The position numbers and the translations under genes are program-made. From an uncultured Alphaproteobacteria bacterium (GTDB taxonomy: Bacteria > Pseudomonadota > Alphaproteobacteria > UBA8366 > JADFVY01), in contig CAMYNJ010000139.1 of NCBI GenBank assembly GCA_947259795.1, positions 7,850-71,849 of the forward strand: a stretch of DNA of 64,000 nt, written 5' to 3'. Shown here piece after piece: positions 29,733-40,487 of this stretch. Within the stretch, counting starts at the first letter, position 1. Each line of letters opens with the position of its first letter. The notes beneath the pieces are model-generated. The model did not search any database and was not told the origin of the DNA. It saw nothing but the letters and a program-made list of their open reading frames with translations.

Positions 29733-29822
29733 TGGCGGAGGGAGTGGGATTCGAACCCACGAGGGGCTTGCGCCCCCACACGCGTTCCAGGCGTGCGCCT
29801 TAAACCACTCGGCCACCCCTCC
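29733..29822 (-). tRNA. tRNA-Ser (anticodon GGA), CCA encoded
   Basis: Hand-folded cloverleaf. Acceptor GGAGGGG/TCCCTCC, D arm GCC-GAGTGGTTTAA-GGC, and anticodon stem CACGC/GCGTG with loop CTGGAAC. Long variable arm GGGGC-GCAA-GCCCC and T arm GTGGG-TTCGAAT-CCCAC. Confidence 0.93.
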
Positions 29823-29978
29823 GCAGGGATCGCGTTGGATCGCGGCGCGGAAATTAGCGGACCATCGCCCGTCATGCAAGCCGGTCGCGGCATTTCCGCG
29901 CAAAGTTGTTACCTTCGACAAGTCCATGCTACGTTGGGCGCGCACGGATTATTGGCAAGACAACGATTTGGGGACCGA

Positions 29979-30329
29979 ATGGCCCGCATTTTTCAAGTTC
30001 TAGGCTGGGCTTTCGTCCTGCTGGGCATATTGACCGTCGGCATGATGGGCATCATGGTCGTCGACGGACCATCGTTGACCGATCCGGCCGGCAGCGTATG
30101 GATCAAATTTCACGGCTACAGTCTTGGGCAGTTCCAGGTGCTCGTGCAGCGGACGCTCGGAATGCCGGATCTGTGGGACGACTATCTGGTGCCGATCCTA
30201 AGGGCGCCGGCCTGGCAGAGCATGAGCGCTATTGTGGCGGTGTCGTTCATCCTCGGCGTATTGTTGCTGTTCGGCGCGCGGAGCCGCCGTCGCGCCGGCA
30301 TCATCCATCAGAGCAGCCATATGTCGTAG
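29979..30329 (+). CDS. Small membrane protein (116 aa), hypothetical
   Basis: Two hydrophobic helices, one at each end, and genome-like codon usage. The upstream part of the 29700 ORF overlaps the tRNA and is discarded. Confidence 0.5.
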   Translation: MARIFQVLGWAFVLLGILTVGMMGIMVVDGPSLTDPAGSVWIKFHGYSLGQFQVLVQRTLGMPDLWDDYLVPILRAPAWQSMSAIVAVSFILGVLLLFGARSRRRAGIIHQSSHMS

Positions 30330-30340
30330 ACCGGCGGTGT

Positions 30341-32143
30341 TCAGCCGTCGTCCATCTTCAGGGCCTGAAGGAAGGCCGATTGCGGGATTTCGACCTTGCC
30401 GAACTGCCGCATGCGCTTCTTGCCTTTTTTCTGCTTATCCAGAAGCTTGCGTTTGCGCGTGATGTCGCCGCCATAGCATTTCGCGGTCACGTCCTTGCGC
30501 ATCGCGCTGACGCTTTCGCGCGCGATGATCTTGCCGCCGATCGCCGCCTGGATCGCGACCTTGAACAGCTGGCGCGGGATCAAATCCTTCAGCCGTTTGC
30601 ACAGTGCCCGGCCCCGGCTTTCCGCCCGGTCGTTATGCACCACGATCGACAGCGCATCCACCGGGTCGCCATTCACCAGGACCGACAGCTTGACCAGGTT
30701 GCCCCGGCGGTAATCCGCCATCTCGTAGTCGAAGCTGGCATAGCCGCGGCTGACCGACTTCAGGCGGTCGTAGAAATCGAACACCACCTCGTTCAGCGGC
30801 AGGTGATAGACCGCCATGGCGCGCCCGCCGACATAGGTCAGGTCGACCTGCTCGCCGCGGCGCTCGGTGCACAGCGTCAGCACCTGGCCCAGATAGTCGT
30901 CCGGCACCAGGATGGTCGCCTTGATCCAGGGTTCCTCGATATGGTCGATCTTCACCACATCCGGATAGTCCGCCGGGTTGTGGAGTTCCACCACCGCCCC
31001 ATTGTTCATATGGATGCGATAGACCACCGACGGCGCCGTGGCGATCAGATCCAGATCGAATTCGCGCTCCAGCCGTTCCTGGACGATCTCAAGATGCAGT
31101 AGCCCCAGGCAGCCACACCGGAAGCCGAAGCCCAGGGCCGCCGAACTTTCGGGCTCGTAATGCAGGCTGGAATCGTTTAGCGCGAGCTTCGCCAGGCTCT
31201 CGCGCAACGCCTCGTAATCGCTCGAATCGACCGGGAACAGTCCGCAGAAGACCACCGGCACCGACGGCTTGAAACCGGGCAGCGCTTCTGTCGCCGGGTT
31301 GCGGTCGTCGGTCAGCGTGTCACCTACCTTGCAGTCGGCCACCGACTTGATGGCGGCGGTGATGAAACCGATCTCGCCCGGGCCCAGTTCGTCGACCATC
31401 AGCCCCTTCGGCGTGAAGACGCCGACGCGGTCCACCGGGTGTGCCGCGCCCGTCGACAGCATGCGGACTTTCATGCCCTTCTTCAAAACGCCCTCGCGCA
31501 CGCGCACCAGCGCGACAACGCCCAGATAGGCGTCGTACCAACTGTCCACCAGCAGGGCCTGCAGTTTTGCGTTGCGCTCGCCTCGCGGCGGCGGCAAACG
31601 TTGCACCAGGGCCTCCAGAACGTCGTCGATGCCGATGCCGGTTTTCGCCGATATCTCCAGCGCGTCCGAGGCGTCCAGGCCGATCACATCCTCGATCTGC
31701 GTCTTGACGCGTTCCGGCTCCGCCGCGGGCAGGTCGATCTTGTTGAGAACCGGAATAATCTCGTGGTTGTTGTCCAGCGCCAGATAGACATTGGCCAGCG
31801 TCTGCGCCTCGACGCCCTGGCTGGCGTCGACGACCAGGAGCGACCCTTCGCAGGCGGCGAGCGATCGGCTGACCTCATAGGAGAAATCGACATGGCCGGG
31901 CGTATCCATCAGGTTCAGCGTATAGGTCGCGCCGTCCTGCGCCTTGTACAGCAGTCGCACGGTCTGCGCCTTGATGGTGATGCCGCGCTCGCGCTCGATG
32001 TCCATGGAATCGAGCACCTGGCTCTTCATCTCGCGCGTATCCAGGCCGCCGCAACGTTCGATCAGGCGGTCAGCGAGAGTCGATTTGCCATGATCGATAT
32101 GGGCGATGATCGAGAAGTTGCGGATATGCTTCAGGTCGGTCAT
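30341..32143 (-). CDS. lepA: Elongation factor 4
   Basis: [22 protein letters not shown]1 motif, [13 protein letters not shown], and the characteristic LepA C-terminal domain. 600 aa. Confidence 0.97.
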   Translation of the reverse strand: MTDLKHIRNFSIIAHIDHGKSTLADRLIERCGGLDTREMKSQVLDSMDIERERGITIKAQTVRLLYKAQDGATYTLNLMDTPGHVDFSYEVSRSLAACEGSLLVVDASQGVEAQTLANVYLALDNNHEIIPVLNKIDLPAAEPERVKTQIEDVIGLDASDALEISAKTGIGIDDVLEALVQRLPPPRGERNAKLQALLVDSWYDAYLGVVALVRVREGVLKKGMKVRMLSTGAAHPVDRVGVFTPKGLMVDELGPGEIGFITAAIKSVADCKVGDTLTDDRNPATEALPGFKPSVPVVFCGLFPVDSSDYEALRESLAKLALNDSSLHYEPESSAALGFGFRCGCLGLLHLEIVQERLEREFDLDLIATAPSVVYRIHMNNGAVVELHNPADYPDVVKIDHIEEPWIKATILVPDDYLGQVLTLCTERRGEQVDLTYVGGRAMAVYHLPLNEVVFDFYDRLKSVSRGYASFDYEMADYRRGNLVKLSVLVNGDPVDALSIVVHNDRAESRGRALCKRLKDLIPRQLFKVAIQAAIGGKIIARESVSAMRKDVTAKCYGGDITRKRKLLDKQKKGKKRMRQFGKVEIPQSAFLQALKMDDG

Positions 32144-32393
32144 GAGATCCGGTGGATCGGCTGTTCAAGGGTGGCAGGAACATAGGCGCGCAAGCCCCGC
32201 CGTGCAACGGATAGAACGGGTCTTTATGCAGAAGGGTCGCCAGAGTGGGGAAACCTTAATGTTTAGCTGAAATAAGGGTCTCATTAAGATTTACCCGGTA
32301 TCGTTAGCGCAGGCGAAATCCATCTGCAGACACTACCCGCACAATGGGACGGGTGACGCCAAGAAGCTGTTGACAGGGGTATATGAGCTGAGC

Positions 32394-33533
32394 ATGGGCT
32401 GGAACGAAAATACCTCAGCGGGACGGGTCGCCTTCGACAAAGGGGCTTACGATAAGGCGGAACGCTTCCTGTCCAGCGCCCTGGCCGACGCGCAGAAACT
32501 GGGGAAGACAGACCCGCGTCTGGCGCAAAGCCTTAACGATCTTGGCATGCTGTATCATTCTCTTGGCCGGTTGACCGAGGCGGAGCCGCTCTATCGCAAG
32601 GCAATTGCGATCGACGAAAAATGCGGCGACGAGGCCCGGCCGGACTTCGCCGTCACGCTGGAAAACCTTGCCGAGCTATATAAAACGCAGCAGCGCAGCG
32701 GCGAGGCCGCAGCCATGTACCGCCGCGCCGTAGCCGTGACCGAAAAGCTTTGTCGCGCAGTTGAGGAAAAGCTGGGCAAGTCGCATCCGGATGTCGTGCC
32801 CTACCTGAAAGCGCTGGCATCGCTGGCCGAGGCGCAGGGCAAGTCCGAAGAGGCCGAAAATCTGTACCGCATGGTATTGAAGATTCAGGAAAGCACCCTT
32901 GACGAGAAGGATGTCGAGATTGCCAGCACGCTGGGCCAGCTTGCCTATGTGCTTACAATTCGCGGCGTGTATAACGAGGCGGAAAAACTGTACAAGCGTG
33001 TCCTGGACATCGAAGAAAAGGTGCTCAATCCCGACCATCCCGATGTGTCCTCGACATTGATCGGCCTGGCCACGCTCTACCACCAGCAGGGACGCGACAC
33101 CAAGGCGGAAATGTTCGGCTGGCGTGCGTTGACGGTTCTGGAATCCGCCTTTTCGCAAAACCACCGGGAAACCTCGGCGGCCCTGAAGAATCTGGCGGCC
33201 CAATTTGCCGCACAGAAGCGCTATTCCGAAGCGGAACCCCTGCTCAAGCGCCTGCTGACCATCGGCGAACAGACCCTGGGCAAGGATCATCCGCATCTGG
33301 TAACGGAACTGGTCGATCTGGCAGGGCTTTACTGCGACCAGAACAGTTACGAAAAGGCCGAACCGATCCTTCGCCGGGCGATGAAGATCGCCTTACGCAA
33401 TTCCAACAAGACCGACCTTTCGGTCGTCAAGATCATAGAGCTTTACGCCTGGCTCCTTGGCAAGCTGGGCCGCGCATCGGACGCCACGGAATTTTCCGCC
33501 CGCGCCGCCGCGTTGAGAGCCAAGGTAGCCTGA
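32394..33533 (+). CDS. Tetratricopeptide-repeat protein (kinesin-light-chain-like TPR_12 repeats)
   Basis: About 8 repeats of the pattern LxxLAxLYxxQGRYxEAEPLYxRAL. Start is ATG 32394 or TTG 32370. Confidence 0.8.
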   Translation: MGWNENTSAGRVAFDKGAYDKAERFLSSALADAQKLGKTDPRLAQSLNDLGMLYHSLGRLTEAEPLYRKAIAIDEKCGDEARPDFAVTLENLAELYKTQQRSGEAAAMYRRAVAVTEKLCRAVEEKLGKSHPDVVPYLKALASLAEAQGKSEEAENLYRMVLKIQESTLDEKDVEIASTLGQLAYVLTIRGVYNEAEKLYKRVLDIEEKVLNPDHPDVSSTLIGLATLYHQQGRDTKAEMFGWRALTVLESAFSQNHRETSAALKNLAAQFAAQKRYSEAEPLLKRLLTIGEQTLGKDHPHLVTELVDLAGLYCDQNSYEKAEPILRRAMKIALRNSNKTDLSVVKIIELYAWLLGKLGRASDATEFSARAAALRAKVA

Positions 33534-33541
33534 CCCCAATC

Positions 33542-33558
33542 CCGGCAGGCAATGCCGG
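33542..33558. terminator. Possible bidirectional hairpin between convergent genes
   Basis: CCGGCA-GGCAA-TGCCGG followed by TTT. The stem is only 6 bp. Confidence 0.3.
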
Positions 33559-33564
33559 TTTCGA

Positions 33565-34041
33565 TTACGACGAGACGTGGTGGCTGAACTGTGCGTGTTG
33601 CGCGTCCGCCATCAGGTGCCGGAATCCTTCGCCCGTGACATGCACCAGCGTTCGGTGGTCGCCGCTCTCGAAATAGATCTCGGGCTGCCTGTCCAGTTCC
33701 TCGTCCACGAGCGTCTCCAGATCATAGGCCGGACCGGTGGGCGGAACGGCGCCCAACACGCAGTCGCCGAAAATCTTTCCAACATCGGTTTCCGTGGCGA
33801 TATTCAGCTTGCAGCCGAGGGTCCGTTCCAGCGTGCCGAGTTCTACGCGATGCGTGCTGGGCACAACGGCGAGCACATACCCGTCGTCATGTTGCAGCAC
33901 CACCGCCTTGGCAAGGCAGCTGCCGGGGATGTGCGCGGCCTGGGCGGTCTGCCTGCTGCTTCCGGTGCGGGGATGTTCGACAAGGTCGAAATCGACGCGG
34001 GAGTCCAGCAGGTACTCCTTGAATTTTCGTCCGAATGACAT
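33565..34041 (-). CDS. YbaK/EbsC-like aminoacyl-tRNA deacylase-domain protein
   Basis: Size (158 aa) and pattern (AKAVVL...VLAVVP...ELGTLERTLG...GAVPP) resemble YbaK/ProX-type trans-editing domains. Confidence 0.65.
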   Translation of the reverse strand: MSFGRKFKEYLLDSRVDFDLVEHPRTGSSRQTAQAAHIPGSCLAKAVVLQHDDGYVLAVVPSTHRVELGTLERTLGCKLNIATETDVGKIFGDCVLGAVPPTGPAYDLETLVDEELDRQPEIYFESGDHRTLVHVTGEGFRHLMADAQHAQFSHHVSS

Positions 34042-34224
34042 GGCGTATCTCCCTTCTCACCGGCCCGGCGGCGGGGAGTATTCGAATCGGCCGATCATAA
34101 CCGCTCACGATGTCGGTACGGCGGTAGCGCCATCATGCTCGCCGGCCGATTCACCGCGTGGAGCCGGCAGCGACTACAGGAAACCTAAAATACCATATAA
34201 TCGCCGGCCATGCACCACTTCCGT

Positions 34225-35193
34225 TTACCGCTCGACAAGCTCCACGCGGCGGTTCTGCGCCCGCCCCCCGTCGCCGCGGTTCGACGCCACCGGCGCCAGA
34301 AAACCGACGCCCGCCGGCGTCAGGCGCGCCACATCGATGCCGTGAGCTTCCGTCAGCGCCTTGACGACCGATGCCGCCCTGCGTTTGGAAAGGTCCATAT
34401 TGTAGTCCAGTTTACCCTGATTGTCGGTATGGCCGACGACCAGCAGATTCAAGTCGGGGCGCGCCTTCATAAGCTTGGCGATCTCGCCGAGCGCCTCGTC
34501 CGACTCCAGCTTGACCTTGTCGCTGCCGCTGTCGAAATAGATGCCGTAGATCGCGATATGGCCCTCGGCATCGATGCCCTTGCCGATCGCCTCGGCATCC
34601 ACCGTGACCATACCGGTTTCCATTTCCGTGGTCTCAATGATGTCGAGCTGGACATAGACGTTATTTTGCTTTGGCCCGCCGATATTGTAGGCTTTCACGA
34701 CGTAAAGAGAGACATAGGCCGTGCCCTCGGGACGGGTCAGTTTCGCCGCGACGAACCGCTGATCGTTGTAATTGTCGCTCATCACGCCGTCATAGGGAAT
34801 GACGACCAGACCGAAGTCCCGCCCCCCGCATTCCTTGTTCTTGCACGAAAACAACGTTTCGAAGCCGGCCTCCGACAGGGCCTGTTCATAGTTCTTGAAT
34901 ACTTCGAGTGTCGTGCGCTCCTTGTCGATCTCGTAACGGATTTTCGTGACGCGGCCTTCGACGACCTGATGTTCGCCGGGCTCGCGTCCCTTCGCTTTGC
35001 CGAGCAGGACCGTGTACTCATCGAATTTTTCCTGGCTGTATCGGACGATTCCCGCACCCTCGTAGCGGGACACCAGCGGATGATCCGCGCTGCCCTTGAC
35101 ATCCTTGGCCGCCAGGGCGGCGCCCGAAAACAGGCAGGACGCCAGAAGTGCGGTCGCCGGGATGCCTCGAAGTCTGGAGTTCAACATATCCAC
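34225..35193 (-). CDS. OmpA-family periplasmic protein (N-terminal DUF4892-like domain + OmpA_C peptidoglycan-binding domain)
   Basis: Signal peptide. C-terminal OmpA-like motifs GHTDNQG...YNMDLSKRRAASV...NRRVELV. Confidence 0.85.
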   Translation of the reverse strand: MDMLNSRLRGIPATALLASCLFSGAALAAKDVKGSADHPLVSRYEGAGIVRYSQEKFDEYTVLLGKAKGREPGEHQVVEGRVTKIRYEIDKERTTLEVFKNYEQALSEAGFETLFSCKNKECGGRDFGLVVIPYDGVMSDNYNDQRFVAAKLTRPEGTAYVSLYVVKAYNIGGPKQNNVYVQLDIIETTEMETGMVTVDAEAIGKGIDAEGHIAIYGIYFDSGSDKVKLESDEALGEIAKLMKARPDLNLLVVGHTDNQGKLDYNMDLSKRRAASVVKALTEAHGIDVARLTPAGVGFLAPVASNRGDGGRAQNRRVELVER

Positions 35194-35288
35194 CCTCTCT
35201 CAAAGAAACAGATGCTCAAATTTCGGTGGATAAACATACCAACAAAACGGGCAACCGGGAATTGCACTTTCAAACGATCTCTTTCAGA

Positions 35289-37097
35289 TCACCCGGATTC
35301 GAATGTCTCGCGAAGCATCTCCAGTTCCAGCCATGCCTCTTCCGCCGCGGCCTTGTCTTCGCGCGCCCTGGTCAGTGCCGCGGCCGTATCGTCGAAAACG
35401 GCCGGATCGCGGGCATAAAGCGCCGGATCGGCAAGCCTCGCCTCCAACGCCGCGATCCGCTTCTCCAGCGCATCGATTTCGCCGGGCAGCCGTTGCAGTG
35501 CGCGCTGCTGGTTGTAGCTCAGTTTCCGGCGTTCTCCGGATGGCTTCGGCTTTGCCCGCCTGATGGATTTTTCCGGGCGCGATTCGATCCCGGCCCCGCC
35601 GCTGTCCGGCCTTTGCCGCAGATAATCGGAATAGCCACCGGGATATTCCGTTGCCGACCCGTCGCCTTCCACCGCGATCGTCGATGTCACCACGCGGTCC
35701 AGGAAATCGCGGTCATGGCTGACCAGCAGGATGGTGCCCTCGTAATCGGCCAGCAATTCCTGCAGCAGGTCCAGCGTGTCCATATCCAGGTCGTTGGTCG
35801 GTTCGTCCAGCACCAGCAGGTTCGACGGCCGCGCCAGCGCGCGGGCCAGCAGCAGGCGGTTGCGCTCGCCGCCCGACAGGCTTTCCACCGGGCTGCGCGC
35901 CTGGCTGTCGGCGAACAGGAAGTCGCGCAGATAGGCGACCACATGGCGCGGCCAATCGCCCACCATGACCTGGTCCCCGCCGCCGGGGCAGAGCAGGCTC
36001 CAGGGCGTCTCGCCGGGCGCCAGCGCCTCGCGGGTCTGGTCCAGATAGACCATCGCGATATTGGTTCCCAGCCGCAACTTCCCGCTGTCCGGCGGCATTT
36101 CGCCGATCAGCATGCGCAACAGCGTCGTCTTGCCGGCGCCGTTCGGCCCGATGATGCCGACCCGGTCGCCGCGCAGGATGCGGGCGGAAAAACCCTTTAT
36201 TACCGGCTTGCCGTCATAGGCCTTGGCGATATCCGCTGCCTCGACCACCAGCTTGCCGGTGATCCCCGCCTCGGCCGCTTCCATCCGCACGCTACCGGTT
36301 CGGGCTGCCTGACCCGCGCGTTTGGCGCGTAGCTCATGCAGGCGGCGCAGGCGGCCCTGGTTGCGCTTGCGCCGGGCCGTAATGCCCTGACGTGACCAGA
36401 CGGTTTCCTGGGCGATCAGTTTGTTCAGCTTGGCGGCCTCGACGGCCTCGCGTTGCAGGATTTCCTCCGACCAGGTCTCGAAATGCGAAAACCCCTTGTC
36501 GGACCGCAACAGCCGCCCGCGGTCGAGCCACAGGGTGCAGTTGGTGACGCGCCCCAGGAAAGCGCGGTCATGGCTGATGACAACCAGCCCGAAACGGCCG
36601 CCCGCCAGCCGTTCCTCCAGCCATTCGATCGCCGGCAGGTCAAGATGGTTGGTCGGCTCGTCCAGCAGCAGGATGTCCGGGATGCCGGCCAGCGCCCGCG
36701 CCAGCGCCGCGCGCCGGGTCTCGCCCCCCGACAGGACCGCGGTGCTTCTGGCGCCGTCCAGCGACAGGCTGTGCAGCAGCGCCTCAGCCATATGGTCTGC
36801 ATCCGCTTCGCCCTCCGGCAATCCGGCGGCGGCGTAATCGAGAACGGTATCGTACTCGGAAAGATCGGGTTCCTGCGGCAGATAGGCGACGCGGACGCCC
36901 TGCTGGATAAGCCGCTCGCCGGAATCCGGCTCGATCTGACCGGCCAGCAGTTTCAACAGCGTAGACTTGCCCGAACCGTTGCGCCCGACCAGCGCGATCC
37001 GTTCGCCCCGGCCCACCGCCAGGTCGGCCCTGTCGAACAGCGGATGGCCGCCGAAACCCAGCGACACGTCCTTCAATGAAAGCAGCGGTGCGGCCAC
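35289..37097 (-). CDS. ABC-F family ATPase (Uup-like, no TM domain)
   Basis: Two cassettes ([18 protein letters not shown]; LSGGETRR, LSGGERNR), an interdomain linker, and a C-terminal coiled-coil tail. Confidence 0.9.
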   Translation of the reverse strand: MAAPLLSLKDVSLGFGGHPLFDRADLAVGRGERIALVGRNGSGKSTLLKLLAGQIEPDSGERLIQQGVRVAYLPQEPDLSEYDTVLDYAAAGLPEGEADADHMAEALLHSLSLDGARSTAVLSGGETRRAALARALAGIPDILLLDEPTNHLDLPAIEWLEERLAGGRFGLVVISHDRAFLGRVTNCTLWLDRGRLLRSDKGFSHFETWSEEILQREAVEAAKLNKLIAQETVWSRQGITARRKRNQGRLRRLHELRAKRAGQAARTGSVRMEAAEAGITGKLVVEAADIAKAYDGKPVIKGFSARILRGDRVGIIGPNGAGKTTLLRMLIGEMPPDSGKLRLGTNIAMVYLDQTREALAPGETPWSLLCPGGGDQVMVGDWPRHVVAYLRDFLFADSQARSPVESLSGGERNRLLLARALARPSNLLVLDEPTNDLDMDTLDLLQELLADYEGTILLVSHDRDFLDRVVTSTIAVEGDGSATEYPGGYSDYLRQRPDSGGAGIESRPEKSIRRAKPKPSGERRKLSYNQQRALQRLPGEIDALEKRIAALEARLADPALYARDPAVFDDTAAALTRAREDKAAAEEAWLELEMLRETFESG

Positions 37098-37168
37098 GAA
37101 ACCGTCATCCCCTTAGTTGCGCGGCGGATGTCATGCCTCAGCTTGGCCGCCGGCGCAAGGTGGGAAGA

Positions 37169-37957
37169 CTATTTCCGTTTGGTCAGTTTCGTGACGGCCT
37201 CGTTCAGCTGGCTCATGCGGCGGTGCTCGCCCTGGCCGCTGTCGGGATGGTGGATGGCTGCCAGCTTTCTATAGCGTTTCCTGATTTCGTCTGCCCCCGG
37301 CGTGGTGTCGGGCGGAAAACCCAATACATATAGCGCGTCCGCACGCGACCTTATCCCCTGCTCCAGCGGCTCAAAGGACATCGCCTTGATCTGGTAACGC
37401 AGGCGAGTGATTTCGGATCGCGCCTCCTTCAGCTGCTGGTCGCTGCCGGGGCCGCGCCCGTCCTCGATCCTGACCGTGTAGTCGCCCCGATCCATGGCCA
37501 GCGCCAGCGCCAGCGCCCGGCGGACGCCCGCCGTATTGTGGCCGCTGCCCAGGCGCACCTGCAGGCGCGGCTTGCGGCGCCAGTTTTTGCCTTCATTGGC
37601 GCCGGACTTCAGGATCACGGTTTCGCGGTCGCTGGGTACCGGCTCGCCAGGGTCGGCGAATTGCGCCACCTCGTTCGGCATCAACAGCAGGACCGCGCGG
37701 GCCAGTTCGCCGGCGTTCACGCCACACCGTTCCGCCAGTTCCAGCACGGCATCGCGGAAGTCGGTGGCGCAGGGAACCACGTAAGACCGGTTCTTGGGCT
37801 CTTCCGGCGGCTGGTCGTCGGCGCGCGGCATATCGTCGGAATCGTCGGGATGTTCCAGCTTGTCGCCCAGCCACACGCGCCGGCGGCGTGAACGCAGGAC
37901 CTTGGCCTTGCGCAGTGCTTCACCATAGACTTTCCGGGGGTCGGTCATTGTCGTCAA
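37169..37957 (-). CDS. Protein with C-terminal J domain and uncharacterised N-terminal region
   Basis: J-domain signature IRKRYRKLAAIHHPDSG (HPD) in the last 60 or so residues. No TM segment or zinc-finger region. Confidence 0.75.
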   Translation of the reverse strand: MTTMTDPRKVYGEALRKAKVLRSRRRRVWLGDKLEHPDDSDDMPRADDQPPEEPKNRSYVVPCATDFRDAVLELAERCGVNAGELARAVLLLMPNEVAQFADPGEPVPSDRETVILKSGANEGKNWRRKPRLQVRLGSGHNTAGVRRALALALAMDRGDYTVRIEDGRGPGSDQQLKEARSEITRLRYQIKAMSFEPLEQGIRSRADALYVLGFPPDTTPGADEIRKRYRKLAAIHHPDSGQGEHRRMSQLNEAVTKLTKRK

Positions 37958-38045
37958 CTAAGAATACAGTTTCCAGTAGCAACGCATACTGCAGAATGCC
38001 CGTTTCGCCAGCTGCAGACAGCAAGTTTCGTGCAGAATTTTAGTT

Positions 38046-38063
38046 AACCCGGATTTCCGGGTT
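38046..38063 (-). terminator. Candidate intrinsic terminator after pheT
   Basis: On the minus strand, AACCCGG-AAAT-CCGGGTT is followed by the A/T-rich AACTAAAATTCT. It lies 16 nt downstream of the pheT stop. Confidence 0.45.
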
Positions 38064-38078
38064 AGCGGCGATACACGA

Positions 38079-40487
38079 TCAGCCGCGCAGCGTGCCGCCG
38101 GTCTGCTTGGCGACGGCGGCAACGATGGCGGCGGAGACCTTCTCGATATCCTCGTCGGTCAGCGTCCGCTCGGTCGGCTGCAGCGTGACCGCGATGGCCA
38201 CGGACTTCCTGCCCTCTCCGACGCCCTCGCCCTCATACACATCGAACAGGCGGACATCGGCGATCAGCGACTTGTCCGCACCCCGGGCAGCGCGGATCAG
38301 ACTGTCCGCCGGCACTTCCGCATCGACTACGAAGGCGAAGTCGCGGCCCAGCGGCTGGAACGGCGAGGGCCGCAGCAACGGCCGGGTCTTGCCGCCCTTG
38401 GCGCGCGGTTGCGGCACCTTATGAATGAAGATTTCGAATCCCGCTGCCGGGCCCTTCACGTCCATGGCCTTCAGCACGCGCGGATGAATTTCGCCAAACC
38501 AGGCCAGAACATTCGGCCCCAGGCGCAACGCCCCCGATCGCCCCGGGTGATACCATGCCGGCGCATCGCGGCTGACCTGAAGATTGTCCACCGGCGCGCC
38601 GCAGGCCGCCAGCACGGCCATGGCGTCGGCCTTGGCGTCGAAGGCATCGACGGAGCGCGGCGTCTCGGCCCAGTGGCGCGGCCCGCTGCGGCCGGTGCGC
38701 ACGCCCGCGGCCAGGACATCCTCACCCTCCGGCGTGTCGTCGCGCCAGGCGGGGCCGACTTCGAACAGGCCGGCGTCGCCGTAGCCGCGGTCCGCGTTCC
38801 GGCCGGCCGCCGCCAGCAGGTTCGGCAGGATCGACGGACGCATGACCGACAAATCCGCGCTGATCGGGTTGTCCAGGCGCAGCGAATCGGGCACGCTGCC
38901 GAACAGCTTCGCCTGCTCGTCATGCATGAAAGACCAGGTAACCGCCTCCATCATGCTGCGGCCCGCCAGCACCTTGCGGGCGAAACCCTCGCGCCGCTGA
39001 CCGACAGTCAGAATTTGTTCGGGCAGGGCGCTGTCGCGGTCCAGCGGGACGACGGGGATATTGTCGAACCCATTGACCCGCAGGATTTCCTCGACGAGGC
39101 AGGCTTCGCCATCGATATCCGGCCGCCAGGACGGCGTCGTGGCGACGATTTGACCCTCGGTCGTGTCGATTGCGAATCCCAATGCCTCCAGAATTCGGCG
39201 CTGGCCCTCGACATCCATATCCACGCCGCCCAGCGTCTTCACGCGATCCGGGCGTAGCGTGACCTTCTTGTCGGTGTCCGGCATCTCGCCGGCGATGGAA
39301 AGCTCGCTTGCCTCGCCGCCGCAAATCTCCAGTACCAGCCGTGCCGCGACCTCGGCGCCCCACAGGGTCGATGCCGGGTCCACCGTGCGTTCGAAACGAT
39401 AGCGCGCGTCAGACTCGATGCCCAGCCTGCGGCCGGTGGCGGCGGTGCGGATCGGGTCGAACAGCGCGACCTCGAGGAACATCTCCGTGGTGTCCCCGGT
39501 GCAGCCCGATTCCTCGCCGCCCATGACGCCGGCGATGCCGTGCAGGCCCTTGCCGTCGGCGATGCAGGTCATGCCGTCTTCAAGTTCGTATTCCTTGCCG
39601 TCCAGCGCCATGATCTTTTCGCCGGCCCTGGCAAGCCGCATGGTCAGTTCGCGGCCTTCCAGTTTCTGCGCGTCAAAGACATGTAGCGGTCGGCCCAGGT
39701 CGAAGGTCACATAGTTGGTGATGTCGACCAGCGTGGAAATGGGGCGCAGACCGATGGCCAGCAGGCGGCGCTGCATCCAGTCCGGGCTGGGACCGTTCTC
39801 AAGGCCGCGGAAAGTGCGGCCCACCACCATCGGGCAGGCATCTTCCGCGCCCTTCGGGAAGTCGCGCTGCCACTGAACCGGGCTTTTGAAGGTGCCCTCA
39901 ATTTTCTCGGCCGCCTTAAAGGGCTTCAGCTTGCCGATGCCGGCGGCGGCCAGGTCGCGGGCGACGCCGCGCACGCCCAGGCAATCGCCCCGGTTCGGCG
40001 TGATCGCGATATCGATGACCGGGTCGTCCAGCCCCATGAATCTCGCGAAGGGTTCGCCCACCGGCGCGTCCTCGGGCAGGTCGATGATGCCCTCATGCGC
40101 ATCCGACAGCCCCATTTCGCGCTCGGAACAGAGCATGCCATTCGATTCCTCGCCCCGGATAACGCCCTTCTTCAGGTCAACGCCGGTGCCCGGGATGTGG
40201 GTTCCGGCCGGCGCGAACACGCCCTTCATGCCGGTGCGCGCATTCGGCGCGCCGCAGACCACCTGAATTTTTTCCTTGCCGGTGTCGACGATGCAGACGC
40301 GCAACCGGTCGGCATTGGGATGCTGTTTCGCCTCCACGACATAGCCGACGGTGAAGGCTTCCAAATCTTTGGCCGGGTCATGGACTTCTTCCAACTCCAG
40401 GCCAAGCGCGGTCAGCGCATCGGTAATCTCGTCCAGCGACGCGTCGGTTTCCAGATGGTCTTTCAGCCAGGACAGCGTGAATTTCAT
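38079..40487 (-). CDS. pheT: Phenylalanine--tRNA ligase beta subunit
   Basis: [13 protein letters not shown]-terminus, 802 aa, and a 4-nt overlap with pheS. Confidence 0.97.
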   Translation of the reverse strand: MKFTLSWLKDHLETDASLDEITDALTALGLELEEVHDPAKDLEAFTVGYVVEAKQHPNADRLRVCIVDTGKEKIQVVCGAPNARTGMKGVFAPAGTHIPGTGVDLKKGVIRGEESNGMLCSEREMGLSDAHEGIIDLPEDAPVGEPFARFMGLDDPVIDIAITPNRGDCLGVRGVARDLAAAGIGKLKPFKAAEKIEGTFKSPVQWQRDFPKGAEDACPMVVGRTFRGLENGPSPDWMQRRLLAIGLRPISTLVDITNYVTFDLGRPLHVFDAQKLEGRELTMRLARAGEKIMALDGKEYELEDGMTCIADGKGLHGIAGVMGGEESGCTGDTTEMFLEVALFDPIRTAATGRRLGIESDARYRFERTVDPASTLWGAEVAARLVLEICGGEASELSIAGEMPDTDKKVTLRPDRVKTLGGVDMDVEGQRRILEALGFAIDTTEGQIVATTPSWRPDIDGEACLVEEILRVNGFDNIPVVPLDRDSALPEQILTVGQRREGFARKVLAGRSMMEAVTWSFMHDEQAKLFGSVPDSLRLDNPISADLSVMRPSILPNLLAAAGRNADRGYGDAGLFEVGPAWRDDTPEGEDVLAAGVRTGRSGPRHWAETPRSVDAFDAKADAMAVLAACGAPVDNLQVSRDAPAWYHPGRSGALRLGPNVLAWFGEIHPRVLKAMDVKGPAAGFEIFIHKVPQPRAKGGKTRPLLRPSPFQPLGRDFAFVVDAEVPADSLIRAARGADKSLIADVRLFDVYEGEGVGEGRKSVAIAVTLQPTERTLTDEDIEKVSAAIVAAVAKQTGGTLRG

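Noticed and set aside
29561-29978. tRNA-Ser as a possible genomic-island attachment site for the adjacent accessory-looking genes
   Set aside because: There is no integrase, excisionase or transposase gene on either side. I could not find a direct repeat of the tRNA 3' end elsewhere by eye. A proper check would be a repeat search using the last 20-50 nt of the tRNA.
32171-32186. TGGCAGGAACATAGGC, a sigma-54-like sequence upstream of the TPR gene
   Set aside because: The -12 GC is displaced by one nucleotide and the TTGC element is absent. It is also about 200 nt from the start codon. The match is below what I would call a site.
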